This document shows positions 1-10,772 of a stretch of 64,000 nt of DNA, piece after piece. The stretch is taken from IMG/VR virus record IMGVR_UViG_3300017708_001182, positions 8,446 through 72,445 of that record; one strand, 5' to 3'. Below the pieces are notes generated by a model. That model worked only from the letters and a program-made list of their open reading frames with translations. It ran no database searches and had not been told where the DNA came from. The stretch is from a virus. The position numbers and the translations under genes are program-made. How positions within the stretch are numbered: position 1 is the stretch's first letter; every line of letters begins with the position of its first letter.

Positions 1-4
1 AGAA

Positions 5-721
5 GTGTATCCTGAATTAGAGTTTGTAGATCCTGGTTCAGACGTACCTAATATCTATGCAATGTATAAGATAGGTTGGTTTTATGACAAGAACAGAGAG
101 CCAAAGTTGCCAAATACAATTTCGTTACAAGAGGCCGCCTCCAATATTTTAGGGCTGACGCACAAAGAAATAGTGCCAAGAGTTAAAAGTAACTGGGGAA
201 ATGAATGTGGTATGAAAGATAACTACAATGTTCCAGGTAAGTATGTAACCATAGCCACCAACTCTACAGCTGGTTGTAAGTTCTGGACAAGAGAAGGGTG
301 GCAAGAAGTTATAAACTATCTACATGGACAAGGTTACTTTGTGATCAATACATCTATAGAAAACAATCCTTTTGATAATTGTGAGAAGATAGTTGATACC
401 AGTTTAGAATACACTATTGACTGTATAAGACAGAGTGAGTTCTTTATAGGACTGTCTAGTGGACTTAGTTGGTTAGCTTGGGCTATAGGTACACCTGTTG
501 TAATGATATCAAACTTTACAGAAGCTGACCATGAGTTTAGTTGCTATAGAGTGACTGATGAATCTTTATGTCATGGATGTTGGAATAATCCAAACCATAA
601 GTTTGACAAAGGAGATTGGGATTGGTGTCCTGAACATAAAAATACCCCTAGACATTTTGAATGTCATAGAGGTATAAAATCTGATAAGGTTATTAATATG
701 ATTAAATCTATTTCCCTCTAG
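5..721 (+). CDS. TibC/AAH-family (autotransporter strand-loop-strand O-heptosyltransferase-like) GT-B glycosyltransferase, 5'-truncated
   Basis: IATNSTAGCKFW and FFIGLSSGLSWLAWAIGTPVVMISNFT are GT9-like motifs. The C-terminal CHGC-x15-C-x11-C (CHGCWNN...WCPEHK...FEC) fits the iron-finger of TibC/AAH. The frame is open back to position 2 and the track start is a GTG, so the gene probably begins before the window. Confidence 0.85.
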   Translation: MYPELEFVDPGSDVPNIYAMYKIGWFYDKNREPKLPNTISLQEAASNILGLTHKEIVPRVKSNWGNECGMKDNYNVPGKYVTIATNSTAGCKFWTREGWQEVINYLHGQGYFVINTSIENNPFDNCEKIVDTSLEYTIDCIRQSEFFIGLSSGLSWLAWAIGTPVVMISNFTEADHEFSCYRVTDESLCHGCWNNPNHKFDKGDWDWCPEHKNTPRHFECHRGIKSDKVINMIKSISL

Positions 722-2726
722 TACAGTACACTACATCGCCTTTGTTGTTTGCAAAACCTATGCTACCATTTCTTTCATTAACACAAATTGATACAAGATA
801 AAGATCTGTTTCTTTATCACCACATCCCTTAAACCATGCTATTGTTGCATCTCTTCCGTCTTTACCAGCAGGTCCCTGAGGTCCTGTGTCACCTTTACCA
901 CCAGTTGCACCTGTATTACCAGTTGCACCTTGCACCCCTTGTATACCTTGATAACCTCTAGGACCCTGTGAGCCTGTTGCTCCATTTACACCTGATGTAC
1001 CGTTTGAACCAGCTGGTCCTCTTGATCCTGTATTACCTTTAGCTCCATTTACACCTGACGTTCCACTAGTTCCTGACGTACCATTAGCCCCTGCATTACC
1101 TGTGTTACCTTTAGGTCCCTGAGCTCCAGTACTACCTGTAGCTCCTTTAGCACCATTTGATCCATTTATACCAGAAGTTCCATTTGCACCTGCATTACCT
1201 TGTGGTCCTCTACTACCTGTAGCTCCTGTGTTACCTTTTGCACCATTTACTCCAGAAGTTCCGTTTGCCCCAGCTGCTCCAGTATTACCTTTTGGACCAG
1301 TACTCCCTCTAGGTCCAGTTGCTCCATTTACTCCAGAGGTACCAGATGTACCATTGGCACCAGCTGCACCAGTGTTTCCAGTATTACCTTTTACACCTTG
1401 AGGACCAGTTGATCCTGTATTACCTTTACTTCCCTGAGGTCCTTGTATACCTTGAATACCTTGAGCTCCATTAGATCCATTAGATCCAGCAGGCCCAGTT
1501 GGTCCTCGTAAACCCTGAGATCCAGTAGAACCTTTTGCACCATCCACACCACTTGTACCATTTGCGCCTGCAGCACCAGTGTTACCTTTTGGACCAGTTG
1601 GTCCTTGAGCACCAGTGTTACCTTTAGGACCTTGAATACCTTGTATTCCCTGAGAACCTGTTGCACCTTTAGCTCCTGTTGCACCTTTGGCTCCACTAGT
1701 ACCACTAGTACCATTTGCTCCAGCTGCACCTGTTGAACCAGTATTTCCTTTAACTCCTTGTGATCCTTGAGGTCCTGTAGCTCCTTGTGCTCCAGTATTA
1801 CCTTTATCTCCTTTAGGTCCTTTAATAGAACCACCACTTATCCACCCTTCAGCAGATGTCCATAACCATATAGAATCGTCTGATTGAACAATATAAGCAT
1901 CTCCATTACTATTACCTGTAGAGGGTAAGTTAGCTTCAGTCGCTACCTCACCTTTCATTGTTATACCCCATCCAGCATCACCTTTTGCGCCTGTATCTCC
2001 TTTTACCCCTTGTATACCCTGGGCTCCTGTATCTCCTTTTACACCTTGTGCACCAGTGTTTCCTTTAGCGCCATTTACTCCACTAGTACCACTTGTTCCA
2101 GCATTACCAGTGTTTCCTTTAGCACCAGTTATTCCTTGAATTCCTTGAACTCCTCTATCTCCTTTGACTCCTTGAATTCCTTGACTACCTGTATTTCCTT
2201 TAGCTCCACTTGTACCACTAGTTCCGTTAGATCCAGCATTACCAGTATTACCTTTTATTCCTTGATCTCCTTGATCTCCCTTAGGACCTTGTCCTCCAGT
2301 TGCTCCTTGTAAACCTCTTGGTCCTTGTGAACCTTGGTTACCTTGAGCACCAGTTAGTCCAGTATTACCTTTAGGTCCTTGTGAACCTGTATCTCCTTTT
2401 GGACCTTGTGCTCCAGTGTCTCCCTTAGGTCCCTGAGATGCAGCTTTATTACAGTCTTTTCCAAATGCACAAACAGTCCATTGATAAAGATCTTGTAAAT
2501 CCTCTCTTACTGATTCTAGATTGTTTATGATAGGTACAAGCGTCTGAAATCTAGCATCATCTGAAACGCTATCTATAATAGTTGAGTGAGCAGCAATATC
2601 TTCTGTTTCACTAGTAGGCGTTCTCACTACACCATCAGCATCCCTTCCTGGTTTATTTCTTCCAGGATCATTTTTGTATAAAGGATGTGATAGTTGTATA
2701 TCATTATTTAAATTACTTGCTGCCAT
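708..2726 (-). CDS. Collagen-like (Gly-X-Y) fibre protein with interspersed NGTSG units
   Basis: Long GXY runs (GPKGDT, GAQGIQ, GATG), a small central globular insert (WGITMKGEVATEANLP...GDAYIV...WLW) and a Cys-containing C-terminal domain. Its 3' end overlaps the convergent glycosyltransferase by 14 nt. Confidence 0.85.
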   Translation of the reverse strand: MAASNLNNDIQLSHPLYKNDPGRNKPGRDADGVVRTPTSETEDIAAHSTIIDSVSDDARFQTLVPIINNLESVREDLQDLYQWTVCAFGKDCNKAASQGPKGDTGAQGPKGDTGSQGPKGNTGLTGAQGNQGSQGPRGLQGATGGQGPKGDQGDQGIKGNTGNAGSNGTSGTSGAKGNTGSQGIQGVKGDRGVQGIQGITGAKGNTGNAGTSGTSGVNGAKGNTGAQGVKGDTGAQGIQGVKGDTGAKGDAGWGITMKGEVATEANLPSTGNSNGDAYIVQSDDSIWLWTSAEGWISGGSIKGPKGDKGNTGAQGATGPQGSQGVKGNTGSTGAAGANGTSGTSGAKGATGAKGATGSQGIQGIQGPKGNTGAQGPTGPKGNTGAAGANGTSGVDGAKGSTGSQGLRGPTGPAGSNGSNGAQGIQGIQGPQGSKGNTGSTGPQGVKGNTGNTGAAGANGTSGTSGVNGATGPRGSTGPKGNTGAAGANGTSGVNGAKGNTGATGSRGPQGNAGANGTSGINGSNGAKGATGSTGAQGPKGNTGNAGANGTSGTSGTSGVNGAKGNTGSRGPAGSNGTSGVNGATGSQGPRGYQGIQGVQGATGNTGATGGKGDTGPQGPAGKDGRDATIAWFKGCGDKETDLYLVSICVNERNGSIGFANNKGDVVYCTRGK

Positions 2727-2728
2727 AT

Positions 2729-5700
2729 CTATTTATTTGTTGTGTATTCTATTATAAATGTTGCACTTGATCCAAACATGTATCCTGTACTTCCAGATGC
2801 TACATAAGCAAACTGAACTCTATCACCTGCTGAAAAAGTTGCATCTGTATCATCAAAGGTATATGTTCCCATCATTCCGTTAGATCCTCCGTTTGTAACT
2901 GTTGGTGCTTGACTAGAGACATTTGATCCATTTACATAAACTCTAAATGATGCAAACCCTGTTGCTGTTGGTGTTCCTGTGATATTTTTTATTCTTATAT
3001 GTCTCACTCTTCCATCATAAGGTGCAACGAAATTGTTATAATATTGACTACTATTTGTTTCACCTACTGTTCCTCCAACAGGCATGTATATTACAGTTCC
3101 TGATTGCTGATTGCTTGAGCTTGCATAAAATGTAGAAATTAATGTTTGTTTCTCCCAACTCCATTGAACTACATCTTGGCCTTTAGATTTTAAATTTTGA
3201 CCTGCTGCACCATAATCTCCAGTAGCATCTCTTATTCCTGAGTCTTCAAGAAAGAGACTCCCTTTCCAAAGATGAAGCATTTCTGTAGGAGTTCTGTTAA
3301 TACCAACCTTTAGTCCGTGTACTAAAGTTGCATTACCAGTATCCCACCTACTAACTCCCCCAGACCAATAATTATCAACATCACCAATTTCAATAAGAGC
3401 ATCTCCATTTGTACCACCTGCTGGTTTCATATGAAGCATACTTGAAGTTCCTGGATTGCCAGTCTTAGCAAACGCTGCCTCTCCTTTAAAGTATGAATCT
3501 CCAGCTACTTCAAGTTTATTTCCAGGTATAACGTTACCTGTACCAATTCCAATGTTTCCAGCTGGACCAATAACCATTCGTGTTGAAGGCTGACTACCTG
3601 TTGAGTATGGACCAGTTTGAAATTTTAGTACTCCACCACCAGCATTACCTGAGCCAGGACCGTTTTTAACTTCACCTATTATTTGAGAAGAAATATATGA
3701 GTTACCACTATCTCCTCTACCACCAAATTGAAGAACACCTAAAACTTGCCCTGAAACTACACTAAGATCTGTAGAGTGTAATAAAAGAGTTCCAGCAGTA
3801 TTTGACGTTGACTTACTTGCTATTATTGCATCTGGTGTGTAAGAAGAAGCACTAACAGTAGTAAAAGGAAAAACATTAACAGTAAATGCTGCTGGGTCAC
3901 CATCATTGTTTACATATAAGTATCCATTACCAACACTAACATTGTTTTGTCTGTTTCCTATACCTCCTCCAAGATTAATAGTATTACCAGACTGAGCATA
4001 GACAAGCATAGCTCCATTGTAGTTAGAAATAAAGTTATTTAAACCATTACCAACATATACAGAGGTGCCATATATATCACCATTTACATTCAATTCAAGT
4101 GTAGAATTTACAGCAGTTGTACCGTTTACAATAACTTGCCCAATGTTATTAACATGTAATTTTTCAGAATTACCAGCCATCATAGATAATGTAGCTCCAG
4201 TACCTGTTACATAAAACTCATCACCTACACCATCAATATCTCCTATTGCGAAAGCTCCACTAGCAGCAGTAACGTATAAAGCTTGATCTCCATTAAGACC
4301 ATCAGTAACTTCAAAATTCTGACCAACACTTGTTGTAGATCCACTGTCACTATTGTTTGAGTTACCTATAGTAGAACCACTAGTAAACTTAACAAGTCTA
4401 TTTGTAGTTCCTGATACAGTTACAGATGATCCACTAGTACCAGAGGTACCTGTTGTACCAGATGTACCTGTCGTTCCACTAGTACCTGTTGTCCCACTCG
4501 TACCTGTTGTACCACTAGTTCCTGAGGTGCCACTAGATCCACTTGTTCCATCACCTCCATCATCCCCAGAGGTACCGCTTGTGCCACTAGTTCCTGAAGA
4601 TCCAGAATCACCTGACGTACCACTAGTTCCAGAGTTACCACTAGTTCCTGATGTCCCAGAGGTTCCATCACCACCATCGTCACCACTTGTCCCAGAAGTT
4701 CCACTAGTTCCAGAAGTACCATTTGTACCATTCTCTCCTGAAGTTCCACTTGTACCTGAGTTTCCACTAGTACCAGACGTGCCTGACGTACCATTGTTAC
4801 CAGACGTACCAGATGAACCGCTAGTACCAGATGTGCCACTTGTACCAGAGTTACCACTTGTTCCAGAGGTTCCAGTAGTTCCTGACGTTCCATTATTTCC
4901 ACTTGTGCCTGAAGTGCCTGATGTTCCAGTTGTACCTGATGTTCCACTATTTCCACTAGTCCCACTAGTTCCACTGGTACCATCATCTCCTGATGTTCCT
5001 GAAGTTCCAGAATTACCACTGGTTCCAGACGTACCAGAAGTACCGTCATCACCACTAGAACCACTAGTTCCTGCAGTGCCAGATGTACCACTTGTTCCAG
5101 TATTACCTGAGCTTCCAGAGGTTCCTGAAGTACCAGATGTTCCACTACTTCCAGGATCACCTTTGTCACCTGTTACAACAAAACAAACAGCTACATCATC
5201 GTTTGTTGAAAGAGGATTATTTTCAGAAGCGGCTACTGGTGTAAGACTCATACTGTACCAATTAGAACCTGGTTGAGCTGTAGCTGTAATAGCAAATAAT
5301 ACAAACTCAGTTGCATCATTTTGGTCAGATATTCTTACATGTCCTAAAACTGCAGAGGTTCCAGCAGCTAGAGCATCATAGAAGCTTTCTATATCTTCTC
5401 CTTGGTCATCTAATGTACTAATGTCTAGTCTACTGGAGCTAGCTTGGTTAGTAGTATAACGCAACTCAATCTTTCCAGATCCTGGATCAGATGTTATGGT
5501 ACTTGCTTGACCATTATAAACATAATCAAAACATGCTCCACCAAAGGAACCATCATTTCCACTACTACCACTACTTCCACTAGTTCCTGAAGTACCTGAG
5601 CTTCCACTATTACCACTAGATCCACTTGTTCCAGACGTACCAGAGGTACCTGTTGTTCCGCTAGTTCCATCATCACCACTGGTACCAGATGTACCACTGT

Positions 5701-8700
5701 TTCCAGATGTTCCACTTGTACCTGACGTACCGTTGTTTCCACTGGTTCCACTAGTTCCACTAGTTCCAGTTGTACCACTGGTTCCATCTTCAGCAGATGT
5801 ACCAGATGTACCTGATGTTCCAGAGGTTCCACTGTTTCCTGAGGTACCTGACGTACCACTTGTTCCATCATCCCCACTTGTTCCACTTGACCCACTAGTA
5901 CCAGAAGTTCCAGTAGTTCCACTTGTTCCGTCCTCTCCTGATGTACCACTAGTACCACTATTTCCACTAGTACCTGACGTTCCAGATGTTCCATTCTCTC
6001 CACTTGTTCCACTGGTTCCAGAATCACCTGACGTACCGCTTGTACCTGAAGAACCATCATCACCATCTTCTCCAGATGTACCTGATGTACCACTGTTACC
6101 ACTTGTTCCAGAGGTACCACTAGACCCATCATCTCCATCAATACCACTCGTACCTGCTGTTCCACTAGAACCAGCAGTTCCACTAGAACCACTTGTTCCA
6201 GAAGTTCCTGTTGTCCCTGATGTACCAGATGTACCAGCTGTACCAGATGTTGCAGAGGTACCAGACGTACCACTAGTACCACTAGTTCCATTATCTCCGT
6301 CTTCACCTGAAGTACCAGACGTTCCACTTGTACCACTTGTACCGTTTAAACCATCGTTACCAGAGCTACCACTTGTACCAGCTGTACCTGAGGTTCCTGT
6401 AGTGCCACTAGTACCAGAAGTTCCTGCATCTCCATCAATTCCAGATGTACCACTCGTGCCTGATGTACCACTTGTTGCTGACGTACCAGATGTTCCAGAA
6501 GTGCCAGATGTTCCATCATCACCATCTAACCCACTGGTTCCTGAAGTTCCACTAGAACCATCATTACCGTCAATAGCAGAAGTACCACTCGTACCAGATG
6601 TACCAGATGTTGCTGAGCTACCACTAGTACCTGATGTACCTGCAGTTGCTGATGTACCACTTGTACCAGTAGTACCACTAGTACCTGCTGTAGCGCTTGT
6701 ACCTGATGTACCACTACTACCGTCTCCACCAGTTGCACCATCTAAGTTTATTTCCCAAGCTGTGTAAGTTCCACTACCCACTGTTCTAGTAGGTGCTGCG
6801 AAACATAACTCACCTGTACCTGAATTATATGAAGTTACTTCACATTCCTGATAGTTAGTTGAATTATAAGCTATGATTATAGATTGTGCTATAGTGTATG
6901 CTAAACCAGTATCAACATCTAAGCATCCAGCAACTCCCAAAGTAAAGGAATCTGTTGATGTAGTAGCATATATATCTCCTTGTTCTCCTGAGGTTCCAGA
7001 CGTACCAGAGGTTGCACTTGTACCACTAGTGCCACTAGTTCCGCTTGTTCCAGCAGTTCCACTTGTACCTGTAGTACCAGATGTTCCATCTACAGCACTT
7101 GTTCCAGAAGTCCCACTTGTACCACTGGTACCACTTGTTCCTGATGAGCCGTCTGTTCCTGTTGTACCAGCTGTTCCTGATGTAGCAGATGTCCCAGATG
7201 TTCCAGATGTTCCATCGTTTCCAGCTAAACCAGATGTGCCAGACGTACCAGATGTACCTGTAGTACCACTCGTACCATCGTTTCCTGAAGTTCCAGATGT
7301 ACCTGCTGTTCCACTAGTACCAGCTGTTGCTGAAGTTCCTGAAGAACCACTAGTGCCATCAATTGCAGATGTACCACTAGTACCTGTTGTACCTGATGTG
7401 CCACTTGTGCCTGAAGAACCACTGGTACCTGTTGTACCAGACGTTCCTGATGTGGCTGAAGTTCCACTGGTACCACTTGTCCCAGCAGTGCCACTTGTTC
7501 CACTAGTACCGTCTTCTCCTGATGTTCCAGCTGTACCACTTGTACCGCTTGATCCAGTTAAACCACTACTACCAGAAGAACCACTTGTTCCTGAAGAACC
7601 ATCTTCTGCACTGGTACCTGATGTACCTGTTGTGCCTGATGTTCCAGAAGTAGCACTAGTACCAGATGTGCCAGAGGTTCCTGATGTGCCACTTGTTCCA
7701 TCTATTGCAGATGTACCTGAAGTACCACTAGTCCCACTGCTACCACTTGTACCAGTTGTACCAGAGGTGCCTGTTGTACCGCTTGTACCTGACGTGCCTG
7801 ATGTACCATCTACACCTGTTGTACCAGAAGTACCTGAAGTTCCAGAAGAACCATCTCCTCCTGTTGCTCCATCTAAATTAACTTCCCATGAAGTATATGT
7901 GCCTGATCCTACAGTTCTTGTAGGTGCTGCAAAGCAAAGCTCTCCAGTTGCACTGTCATATGTTACAACTTCACACTCTTGATAATTGTTTGCATCATAT
8001 GCTATAATAATAGATTGTGCAGTTGTATATGCCAGCCCTGTATCTACATCAATACATCCTGAGCTACCTAATGTAAATGAGTCTGTAGAGGTTGTAGCAT
8101 AAAAGTCTCCATCTAATCCACTTGTACCTGATGTTCCGCTAGTACCTGTAGTACCTGCAGTTCCACTTGTTCCAGAGGAGCCATCTTGACCTGTTGTTCC
8201 TGACGTACCACTGCTTCCACTAGTACCAGTTGTCCCTGAAGTACCACTAGAGCCATCTAACCCTGAAGAGCCTGAGGTTCCTGAGGTTCCTGATGTCGCA
8301 CTTGTACCTGAAGTTCCACTTGTACCAGATGTTCCATCTTCAGCACTCGTTCCACTTGTTCCAGATGTACCAGAACTACCTGAAGTACCACTAGATCCTG
8401 AACAAAGTCCATTAACATTTACACTACCTCCATTACTAACTGTAGGAGTAGCATCTGCACAGACATCTGTAGCTGTTCCTTGTGTAATTGTAACAAATCC
8501 ACTTGATCCATCACAATAACTTATACCTGCTATACAATCTCCACCTCCAGCTGGACATGTAATGTTATAACTATTACAAGATAATCCACTAGTTCCACTT
8601 GTACCACTAGTACCATCTTGTGCAGATGTACCAGAAGTACCAGCTGTACCTGATGTGCCAGTAGAGCCACTTGTTCCACTTGTACCTGCAGTTGCAGAAG

Positions 8701-10300
8701 TTCCAGAAGTTCCACTAGTTGCAGAAGTTCCAGATGTGCCAGATGTTCCACTGGTACCTGAAGTACCTGAGGTAGATCCTACAGCTACACCAATTTGCAT
8801 AGTGTTAAATACAACACTAGGAGCAGCAGGTATTGCGTAAGGAGACGCTTGACTTGCTCTTGCTATTATATGTGCAGAACTATTACTAGATGCTATAATT
8901 AACTCTAAGTAATCATTTGCATCTAGGTTTACTAAATATTCTGCATAAGGTAAGTGAATTTCACTGTTAGAAACTACACTAAGTAACCTATCTTTTCTTA
9001 TAAAGTCTGTACCGTTTTTTCTTAGAAAAATATCAACACCAGTTGTACCACCTGCTGTTTTCATAACTTGTAAAGAGTATCCCACTTTATATACACCAGC
9101 ATGAGGGTATCTAATTTGCTGATTAAAGTCTAAGACAACACCATTAACAGTTTCTACAGTATTGAATGTAATAGCTGTAGGTGTATTAGCTGCAGACACA
9201 AATTGACTTGTGTTATCAGAAAAACTTGCATACCAGTTAGCTATAGCTGCTCCTGAAGAGCCATCTATACCACTTGTTCCTGCAGATCCTGATGTACCTG
9301 TTGTCCCAGCTGTACCACTAGTTCCACTGGTCCCACTTGTTCCTGTAGTACCAGACGTACCTGCAGTCCCACTTGAACCACTCGTACCTGTTGTACCAGA
9401 TGTTGCAGATGTTCCTGACGTACCAGATGTTGCAGATGTTCCACTAGTTCCAGAACTACCACTAGTACCTGTTGTTCCACTTGTCCCAGTAGTTCCGCTT
9501 GTACCACTTGTCCCAGTAGTTCCTGAACTTCCACTAGTACCTGTAGTACCACTGGTTCCACTTGTACCATGTGATCCATCACCACCTGTAGCACCATCTA
9601 AATTTACTTGCCAGTCACAATAGGTACCACTACCTACAGTACGTGTTGGTGCAGCAAAACATAGAGAACCTGTTGCTGGGTTATAAGATATTACCTCACA
9701 CTCTTGGTAGTTATTAGCATCGTGTGCTATAATAATTGATTGAGCTACTGTGTAAGCTAATCCTGTGTCAACAAATATACAACCTCCAGCACCTAGTGTA
9801 AAGCAAGTTGTAGAAGTTGTAGCATATTTATCTCCATCTTCTCCTGCTGTACCACTTGTGCCGCTAGTACCACTTGTGCCTGTTGTTCCACTAGTACCAC
9901 TGGTTCCTGTAGTACCACTAGTTCCAGTAGTTCCTGATGAACCACTTGATCCACCTGTGCCAGATGTTCCAGATGAACCGCTTGTACCTGCAGTACCACT
10001 AGACCCACTAGTTCCACTTGTCCCAGAAGAGCCAGAAGTGCCTGTTGTGCCAGACGTACCACTAGTACCAGAAGTACCAGAAGTCCCAGTAGTTCCTGAA
10101 GTACCAGAAGTACCAGAAGTACCACTAGTTCCATCAACGCCTTTACCAGCACACAATGCATCATTAATATTTTGTAATGCTTCTTCTAAGGTTTGATTAG
10201 TGTTGACTTTAGCACATACTAAATTAGGTCCTTCGTAAAAGACGCATGCACTACTTAGTCTTGTTTTGCAGGGATCTGCTGCACAAATTAACTTACTCAT
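2729..10300 (-). CDS. Giant 2523-aa fibre/adhesin-like virion protein with (Gly-Thr-Ser)n arrays and repeated globular domains
   Basis: N-terminal Cys-rich CVFYEGPNL domain, several GTS arrays, three copies of an ~88-aa domain, a C1q/BclA-CTD-like domain (about 8790-9240), and fibre-like GIGT..P...LEVAG segments near the C-terminus. Confidence 0.8.
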   Translation of the reverse strand: MSKLICAADPCKTRLSSACVFYEGPNLVCAKVNTNQTLEEALQNINDALCAGKGVDGTSGTSGTSGTSGTTGTSGTSGTSGTSGTTGTSGSSGTSGTSGSSGTAGTSGSSGTSGTGGSSGSSGTTGTSGTTGTSGTSGTTGTSGTSGTSGTAGEDGDKYATTSTTCFTLGAGGCIFVDTGLAYTVAQSIIIAHDANNYQECEVISYNPATGSLCFAAPTRTVGSGTYCDWQVNLDGATGGDGSHGTSGTSGTTGTSGSSGTTGTSGTSGTTGTSGTTGTSGSSGTSGTSATSGTSGTSATSGTTGTSGSSGTAGTSGTTGTSGTSGTSGTAGTTGTSGSAGTSGIDGSSGAAIANWYASFSDNTSQFVSAANTPTAITFNTVETVNGVVLDFNQQIRYPHAGVYKVGYSLQVMKTAGGTTGVDIFLRKNGTDFIRKDRLLSVVSNSEIHLPYAEYLVNLDANDYLELIIASSNSSAHIIARASQASPYAIPAAPSVVFNTMQIGVAVGSTSGTSGTSGTSGTSGTSATSGTSGTSATAGTSGTSGSTGTSGTAGTSGTSAQDGTSGTSGTSGLSCNSYNITCPAGGGDCIAGISYCDGSSGFVTITQGTATDVCADATPTVSNGGSVNVNGLCSGSSGTSGSSGTSGTSGTSAEDGTSGTSGTSGTSATSGTSGTSGSSGLDGSSGTSGTTGTSGSSGTSGTTGQDGSSGTSGTAGTTGTSGTSGTSGLDGDFYATTSTDSFTLGSSGCIDVDTGLAYTTAQSIIIAYDANNYQECEVVTYDSATGELCFAAPTRTVGSGTYTSWEVNLDGATGGDGSSGTSGTSGTTGVDGTSGTSGTSGTTGTSGTTGTSGSSGTSGTSGTSAIDGTSGTSGTSGTSGTSATSGTSGTTGTSGTSAEDGSSGTSGSSGSSGLTGSSGTSGTAGTSGEDGTSGTSGTAGTSGTSGTSATSGTSGTTGTSGSSGTSGTSGTTGTSGTSAIDGTSGSSGTSATAGTSGTAGTSGTSGNDGTSGTTGTSGTSGTSGLAGNDGTSGTSGTSATSGTAGTTGTDGSSGTSGTSGTSGTSGTSAVDGTSGTTGTSGTAGTSGTSGTSGTSATSGTSGTSGEQGDIYATTSTDSFTLGVAGCLDVDTGLAYTIAQSIIIAYNSTNYQECEVTSYNSGTGELCFAAPTRTVGSGTYTAWEINLDGATGGDGSSGTSGTSATAGTSGTTGTSGTSATAGTSGTSGSSATSGTSGTSGTSAIDGNDGSSGTSGTSGLDGDDGTSGTSGTSGTSATSGTSGTSGTSGIDGDAGTSGTSGTTGTSGTAGTSGSSGNDGLNGTSGTSGTSGTSGEDGDNGTSGTSGTSGTSATSGTAGTSGTSGTTGTSGTSGSSGTAGSSGTAGTSGIDGDDGSSGTSGTSGNSGTSGTSGEDGDDGSSGTSGTSGDSGTSGTSGENGTSGTSGTSGNSGTSGTSGEDGTSGTTGTSGTSGSSGTSGDDGTSGTSGTSGNSGTSGTSGTSGTSAEDGTSGTTGTSGTSGTSGNNGTSGTSGTSGNSGTSGTSGDDGTSGTTGTSGTSGTSGSSGNSGSSGTSGTSGSSGSSGNDGSFGGACFDYVYNGQASTITSDPGSGKIELRYTTNQASSSRLDISTLDDQGEDIESFYDALAAGTSAVLGHVRISDQNDATEFVLFAITATAQPGSNWYSMSLTPVAASENNPLSTNDDVAVCFVVTGDKGDPGSSGTSGTSGTSGSSGNTGTSGTSGTAGTSGSSGDDGTSGTSGTSGNSGTSGTSGDDGTSGTSGTSGNSGTSGTTGTSGTSGTSGNNGTSGTTGTSGTSGNSGTSGTSGTSGSSGTSGNNGTSGTSGTSGNSGTSGTSGENGTNGTSGTSGTSGTSGDDGGDGTSGTSGTSGNSGTSGTSGDSGSSGTSGTSGTSGDDGGDGTSGSSGTSGTSGTTGTSGTTGTSGTTGTSGTTGTSGTSGSSVTVSGTTNRLVKFTSGSTIGNSNNSDSGSTTSVGQNFEVTDGLNGDQALYVTAASGAFAIGDIDGVGDEFYVTGTGATLSMMAGNSEKLHVNNIGQVIVNGTTAVNSTLELNVNGDIYGTSVYVGNGLNNFISNYNGAMLVYAQSGNTINLGGGIGNRQNNVSVGNGYLYVNNDGDPAAFTVNVFPFTTVSASSYTPDAIIASKSTSNTAGTLLLHSTDLSVVSGQVLGVLQFGGRGDSGNSYISSQIIGEVKNGPGSGNAGGGVLKFQTGPYSTGSQPSTRMVIGPAGNIGIGTGNVIPGNKLEVAGDSYFKGEAAFAKTGNPGTSSMLHMKPAGGTNGDALIEIGDVDNYWSGGVSRWDTGNATLVHGLKVGINRTPTEMLHLWKGSLFLEDSGIRDATGDYGAAGQNLKSKGQDVVQWSWEKQTLISTFYASSSNQQSGTVIYMPVGGTVGETNSSQYYNNFVAPYDGRVRHIRIKNITGTPTATGFASFRVYVNGSNVSSQAPTVTNGGSNGMMGTYTFDDTDATFSAGDRVQFAYVASGSTGYMFGSSATFIIEYTTNK
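4420..10135 (-). repeat. Degenerate 9-bp/tripeptide (GTS)n arrays within the giant fibre gene
   Basis: About seven blocks of GTS/GTT/GSS/GTA tripeptides in strict 3-residue register, interrupted by globular domains. Approximate blocks: 4420-5160, 5560-6715, 6985-7850, 8115-8400, 8590-8780, 9255-9570, 9840-10135. Confidence 0.97.
6719..9838 (-). repeat. Three dispersed copies of an ~88-aa domain (GDx[27 protein letters not shown]....NYQECEV..Y...[28 protein letters not shown])
   Basis: Copies at about 9576-9838, 7851-8112 and 6719-6980, directly visible in the translation. Confidence 0.95.
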
Positions 10301-10313
10301 CTGGAAATTATTT

Positions 10314-10703
10314 TTAGTGTACTATTTTCAGGATGTCTCCTGTTCTGTAGAGTTGTCCAGCAACTAAGCCAGAGAATAATGCCTCAGCATTGTTAGAATA
10401 TTCAGGAGCTCCTTCTTTTGATACTGTTAACACTTGATCAAAATCATCACCTGTACCAACACTAGATGCATAGTATACCATTGATGTATTATTATCAACA
10501 TATAATTGACCTATGTGTGTTGCAGGTACTAAAGGAATTCCTAGTCCAACAAGAGGAACTAAGTTTTTATCAATGCTTCCTAAGATATTTTCTAAGTCAT
10601 CTCCAGGGTTTACTACTGCATTAGGTAAGTAGGGGCCATTGTATATAATGCATTCAGCATTTTGATATACGGCACAAGTTGGGCAAATTTCAGCGGTTCT
10701 CAT
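10314..10703 (-). CDS. Small fibre-associated protein with Cys-rich CIIYNGP N-domain
   Basis: 129 aa. N-terminus resembles those of 2729-10300, 51808-52134 and 52146-53255. C-terminal [28 protein letters not shown] resembles a short cap motif I recall from phage tail proteins. Confidence 0.7.
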   Translation of the reverse strand: MRTAEICPTCAVYQNAECIIYNGPYLPNAVVNPGDDLENILGSIDKNLVPLVGLGIPLVPATHIGQLYVDNNTSMVYYASSVGTGDDFDQVLTVSKEGAPEYSNNAEALFSGLVAGQLYRTGDILKIVH

Positions 10704-10708
10704 AATTA

Positions 10709-10716
10709 CAAAGTTA
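10709..10716 (-). promoter_or_regulatory. Possible Bacteroidota -7 promoter element (TAACTTTG) upstream of the fibre genes
   Basis: Exact TAnnTTTG match in the 69-nt intergenic gap, 5 nt before the ATG. No clear -33 TTTG at the expected spacing. Confidence 0.35.
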
Positions 10717-10772
10717 TGTTTTATATATGTGTTTTAAAAATTGTTATAAAAATATAGGGCTATAATATAGCG

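Noticed and set aside
1200-2312. Short ORFs overlapping the collagen gene
   Set aside because: Frame and antisense artefacts of GXY repeats.
4420-10135. Possible CRISPR array or satellite
   Set aside because: The repeats are degenerate in-frame 9-bp coding units with no constant repeat plus unique spacer structure.
4353-10196. Long plus-strand ORFs rich in VPLVP/VPEVP and alternative-frame minus ORFs (VQVEL-type)
   Set aside because: These are shadows of the GTS repeat, whose codons lack stops in the other frames. They have no start context or independent domains.
10759-10771. Short palindrome GCTATA-A-TATAGC after the 1609-aa gene
   Set aside because: The stem is too short and AT-rich with a 1-nt loop and no convincing U-tract, so it is not called a terminator.
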